Positions 60,462-64,000 of a stretch of DNA of 64,000 nt are shown here, piece after piece. The notes below the pieces were generated by a model. The model worked only from the letters and a program-made list of their open reading frames with translations. It was not told where the DNA came from and did not search any database. A program made the translations under genes and the position numbers. Within the stretch, counting starts at the first letter, position 1, and each line of letters starts with the position of its first letter. Source of the DNA: Salpingoeca rosetta (Eukaryota > Protista > Choanoflagellata); the NCBI GenBank assembly GCA_033442325.1, contig JAWQFM010000007.1:706719-770718 (forward strand), read 5' to 3'.

Positions 60462-61101
60462 TAACAGCAACAGCAACAGCAGCAGGTAACTCACGCCTCC
60501 TGTCCTCGACTTCCTGGAACTTCTGCTCGAAGGGCGTGTAGACCTGGATATGCAAGAGGTTGACTTGGATGATGGAGACAAACACCCCGTCTTGCTCGCG
60601 CAGCACCGTCTGCAGCCGCTGCTGGATGGCCAGCGCAATGCTTGCGCGGCTGCCCGTGAGAAACTCAGTGACGCCAAACTGGCTCGCCACGTTGCGCACC
60701 TCTGCGCGCGCTGTTCGCAAAAGCCGGTCCTCGGGCCGGTCGTAGCCAACACGCAACACCGTCTCTGCAATGCGCTCCGGGATGTAGCGGAACTCAATGT
60801 CCAGTTCGAGCGTCAGCGTGAGCCCCTCCACGCTGCGCGCCTCGATTGTGCTCTGCAGGCCCGTCTGCTCCTCCTCGAAGATGAGGTGCTGTGTGGCTCT
60901 GGACAGGCAGAACTTCTGGGCGCCGGGCCCGAGAAAGACAATGCCGGATGTTTCCTTTGTGATGATGCGGTTGCCGTCCTGGTAGAAGATTTGGCACGCC
61001 TCGTCGTCGTTGACGCGGGTGATGGAGCTGACGATGACGGCGATCAGGACAATCGCAGCCACGCCGAGCGTCACCAGCGCCGCAATCGTCGCTGGCTTCA
61101 T
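59335..61101 (-). CDS. SPFH/band-7 membrane protein with long C-terminal coiled coil (2 exons; intron 60159-60494)
   Basis: N-terminal TM helix, GIVFLGP, EARSVEGLTLTLELDIEFRY, ARAEVRNVASQF..TEFL..SRASIA and IQVNLLHIQ form the SPFH core, followed by an A/E/R/Q-rich coiled coil. Confidence 0.85.
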
Positions 61102-61599
61102 GGTTCACAAGCACTGTGTGTGTGTGTTGTGTGTGTGTCTGTGTGTCTGTGTGTGTGTGTGTGTGCGATGGAAAGGAGCACACGCTATTCGACAAGATCT
61201 GAACGTGATGTGCGAGGGGAAAATGAATGACACGGTTGCAACAAAGGCCAATGTGAATGTGTGGATCAAATGAGTTGTGACATGTGAGTTGTGACATGTA
61301 AGCAGCACTTCAGCTCTTCAGTCCTCCCTTTGCCCATCACCCAGGTCATCAGCACTTCACATTAGCACAGCGTAACACACCAAAAGACAGCCGAAGGAAA
61401 GAGACGCCTCTCAACCAACAGCAGTAAGCAAGCACCTTGTTTGGTGGGCGTGGAGCGCTCCTTGATCGAATGACGCGAGATCGTGGTGCGTTGTGAGATA
61501 ATTATTATATGTCTTCTACCATTTTTCTACGGCAAACACAACAAACGGTGGTCGGACCTGGATATTGTGGTCAGTGCGTATGTTGCTGTTGTGAGCGTG

Positions 61600-61681
<82 letters not shown>

Positions 61682-62426
61682 GTGCGTGTGTGCGTATGTG
61701 TGTGTGTATGTGTATGTATATGTGTGTGCGTGCGTGTGTGTGCGTGTGTGTCGAGTTATGCAACGAGCAAAACGCAAAGTGTCTTGCTCTTTCAACACAA
61801 ACACCACGACATTTGCGAGGTGGATGCCATTGGGTTGTGACATTTTCTTCACCCTCCATCCACCTTCACACACCCTCGACCCATCGATCCATCTTCACAC
61901 ACAGTTGATCTGCCATCGCAAGTCAACTTCCCCGTCTTGAATTGCTGCTGCTTCAGTCTTTCATCATCACTTCCCCTGCTGTCCGGGTGTGAGCATGGAA
62001 TGGGAACAGCACGACATTGAATTGACACACGAAGCCAGCCGCCCACAAACACACACCCAGCCCACATCTGAGACCGCCCGGCCCACCACCGCCACCTGCT
62101 CCTTATCGGACTCAACGCAAGCAACAGCGGCCTCCTTTGCGTCCATCGGCGAGCAAGGGGCCGTCCAAGAAACGTCCCTGCAGTTCTACCTCGCCAGTTC
62201 GGAGCTCGGCGAGACCTCAACCGTCGACAGCGCAGAGTATCTGTCCATTGTCGGCGCTCAAACAACAGCCGGTGCAGCATCATCATCATCAACAACAGCA
62301 ACAACCAGCAACAACAGCAGCAGGAACACGGCAACAGCAACAACAACAACAGCAACAACAACAGCAGCAGCGCCAGAGCCGCAGCCAGATCAGTTCGCCG
62401 AGACAAACAACAAACCCAAGGCAACC

Positions 62427-63558
62427 ATGAGCGAGAGCTGGTGGGAAGACGAATCACGCCGCAAGGTGCTGTGGGGAGTTGGCATCGTCCTGGGCGCATT
62501 CGTTGTTATTGGCCTGCCCATCCTCTTCTCCAGCAGCCAGACTGTCGCCTTTGACGAGGTTGCCGTGCTGATTGACAACTCTGGCAACGTAGACCGAGCA
62601 GTTGGGCCAGGCCGGTACTTTGCTGGGCCCGCTGGTCGCGCCATCAAGTTTCCGCGCTTCGATCGCACCATCGAGTACACCAGCGGCAACGGCGATGCCA
62701 TCAATGTGCGCGTCCAGGACGGCCAAATCAGTGCGTTTGTGCGTTTGTTTGTATGTGCCTGTTTGTTTGCGTGATTCAGTGTATGATTCAGTGTGTGTGT
62801 GTGTGTGTGTTCGATTCAGTGTGTGTTCGATTCAGTGTATGCGTGTGTGTATTTGTGTCTGTACACTTGCGTATGTGTCGCACACCGTTGTTGCTTTTGC
62901 ATGTGTCCACCACCACCGTGGCCTGTCCACTTGTGACCGACGATTTCTCACCTCCATTTGTCACCACCACGACAACCTTGTTCTGCAACTCCACCCACAT
63001 TCCCCTCCTCGCACCCTCTCGTTTGTGCTGTGCAACGATCAGTTTTGCTTGATTTGTCGTTCCAGTTCCACATTCCGCAGGAGTATCTGGTGGACATTTA
63101 CCGCATCCACAAGACGGGCTTTGAGAGCACCTTGCGTGGCCTGGCCCGCGGCATCTTGCGTGATGTCGCCGCCAGCTATCCTTCCGAGACGTTTTACCAG
63201 AACCGCACGCAGGTCGAGGCCGAAATGCGCGCGCGCATGGAGCAGGAGGGCCGGGAGAGGTTCATTGAGATCACCGGCTTCCAGATCCGCAACGTGATTC
63301 TGCCGTCGCAGTTGAACCAGAGACTGATTGACGTGGAGATCTCCAAGCAGGACGCACGCCTTCGCCAGGAGGAGCTGGCACTCGATCGCATCAACGCCGA
63401 GGCAGCAGCAACGCAGCTGCGGCTGTCGACCGAGCGCACGCGCTACATCACCGAATACGAGCAGCAGACGGCGGTACTGGTGGCCGAGGAGGAGCAGCGC
63501 AGGCGCCGCATCGAGCAGCGCACAAACCAGTACGTCACGCCACGCCATGCTTGTTTGG

Positions 63559-63627
<69 letters not shown>

Positions 63628-64000
63628 GAGTGCACCTTATCTGCCTGCCGGTCTGGCTCAGTCAGCGACGTCCTCCCCTCTGGTGCTTCTCGTGCCCCAT
63701 CCTCAATCACACACAACACGAACCACCCACCCACCCCCGGCCGCATTGCGTGCAGGCTGTTGACGGAGCTGCAGGAGGAGAGCCGGCGCAACGTGTCGCT
63801 GTACGAGCGGGAGACAGACGTCCTTGAGGAGTCGTATGCGCTGCAGACGTCGCTCGAGACAGAGGAGACGCGCCGGCAGGTGGACCGGGTCCGATACGAG
63901 AGCGAGACAAATCTCACCGTGTACCGTCAGGAGACGGAGAACGTGCGGCTTGGCTACGATGAGCAGATTGCGCTGATTGATGAGCAGACGCGGCAGAATG
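62427..64000 (+). CDS. SPFH/band-7 membrane protein with long coiled coil (3' end beyond window; possible in-frame Ser/Thr-rich N-extension from ATG 61995)
   Basis: TM helix VLWGVGIVLGAFVVIGLPILF, then PGRYFAGP, KFPR, INVRVQDGQ..LDLSFQF, ARGILRDVAASY..ETFYQNRTQVE and FQIRNVILP, followed by a coiled coil. Confidence 0.85.

Noticed and set aside
60159-60494. Apparent hydrophobic Cys/Val insertion in the 588-aa SPFH ORF
   Set aside because: It is a 336-nt GT-AG phase-1 intron that happens to lack stop codons.

Overview
Eukaryotic, intron-rich, GC-rich genomic DNA with many (CA)n/(GT)n microsatellites and two 100-N gaps. The style and gene content point to a choanoflagellate, most likely Salpingoeca rosetta (inference). 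I reconstructed about 17 protein-coding loci by reading exons and GT-AG splice phases by hand; most short ORFs in the track are microsatellite artefacts. In order: ArfGAP1 (-); a multi-IQ protein (+); the C-terminal part of TYW2/TRMT12 joined abruptly and in frame to the N-terminal half of a cytochrome P450 (-); RABL2 (+); TRMT44 (+); a SASH1/SLy-like SH3 adaptor (-); a 2-Cys peroxiredoxin (+); a phostensin/taperin-like PP1 regulator (-); SDE2 (+); Sec61 alpha (+); a secreted two-CTLD mucin-like lectin matching Rosetteless (rtls) (-); a Maf-like bZIP with an atypical basic region just upstream of it (-); drebrin-like/Abp1 (+); a probably myristoylated protein with five RxRxxS/T motifs (-); a CFAP77-like protein with five exon-duplicated repeats (+); and a head-to-head pair of SPFH/band-7 coiled-coil genes, the second running off the window. 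The most notable items are the P450/TYW2 chimeric junction, the taperin/phostensin-like and SASH1-like proteins, and the rtls neighbourhood. All family assignments come from motif recognition from memory, not from database searches.
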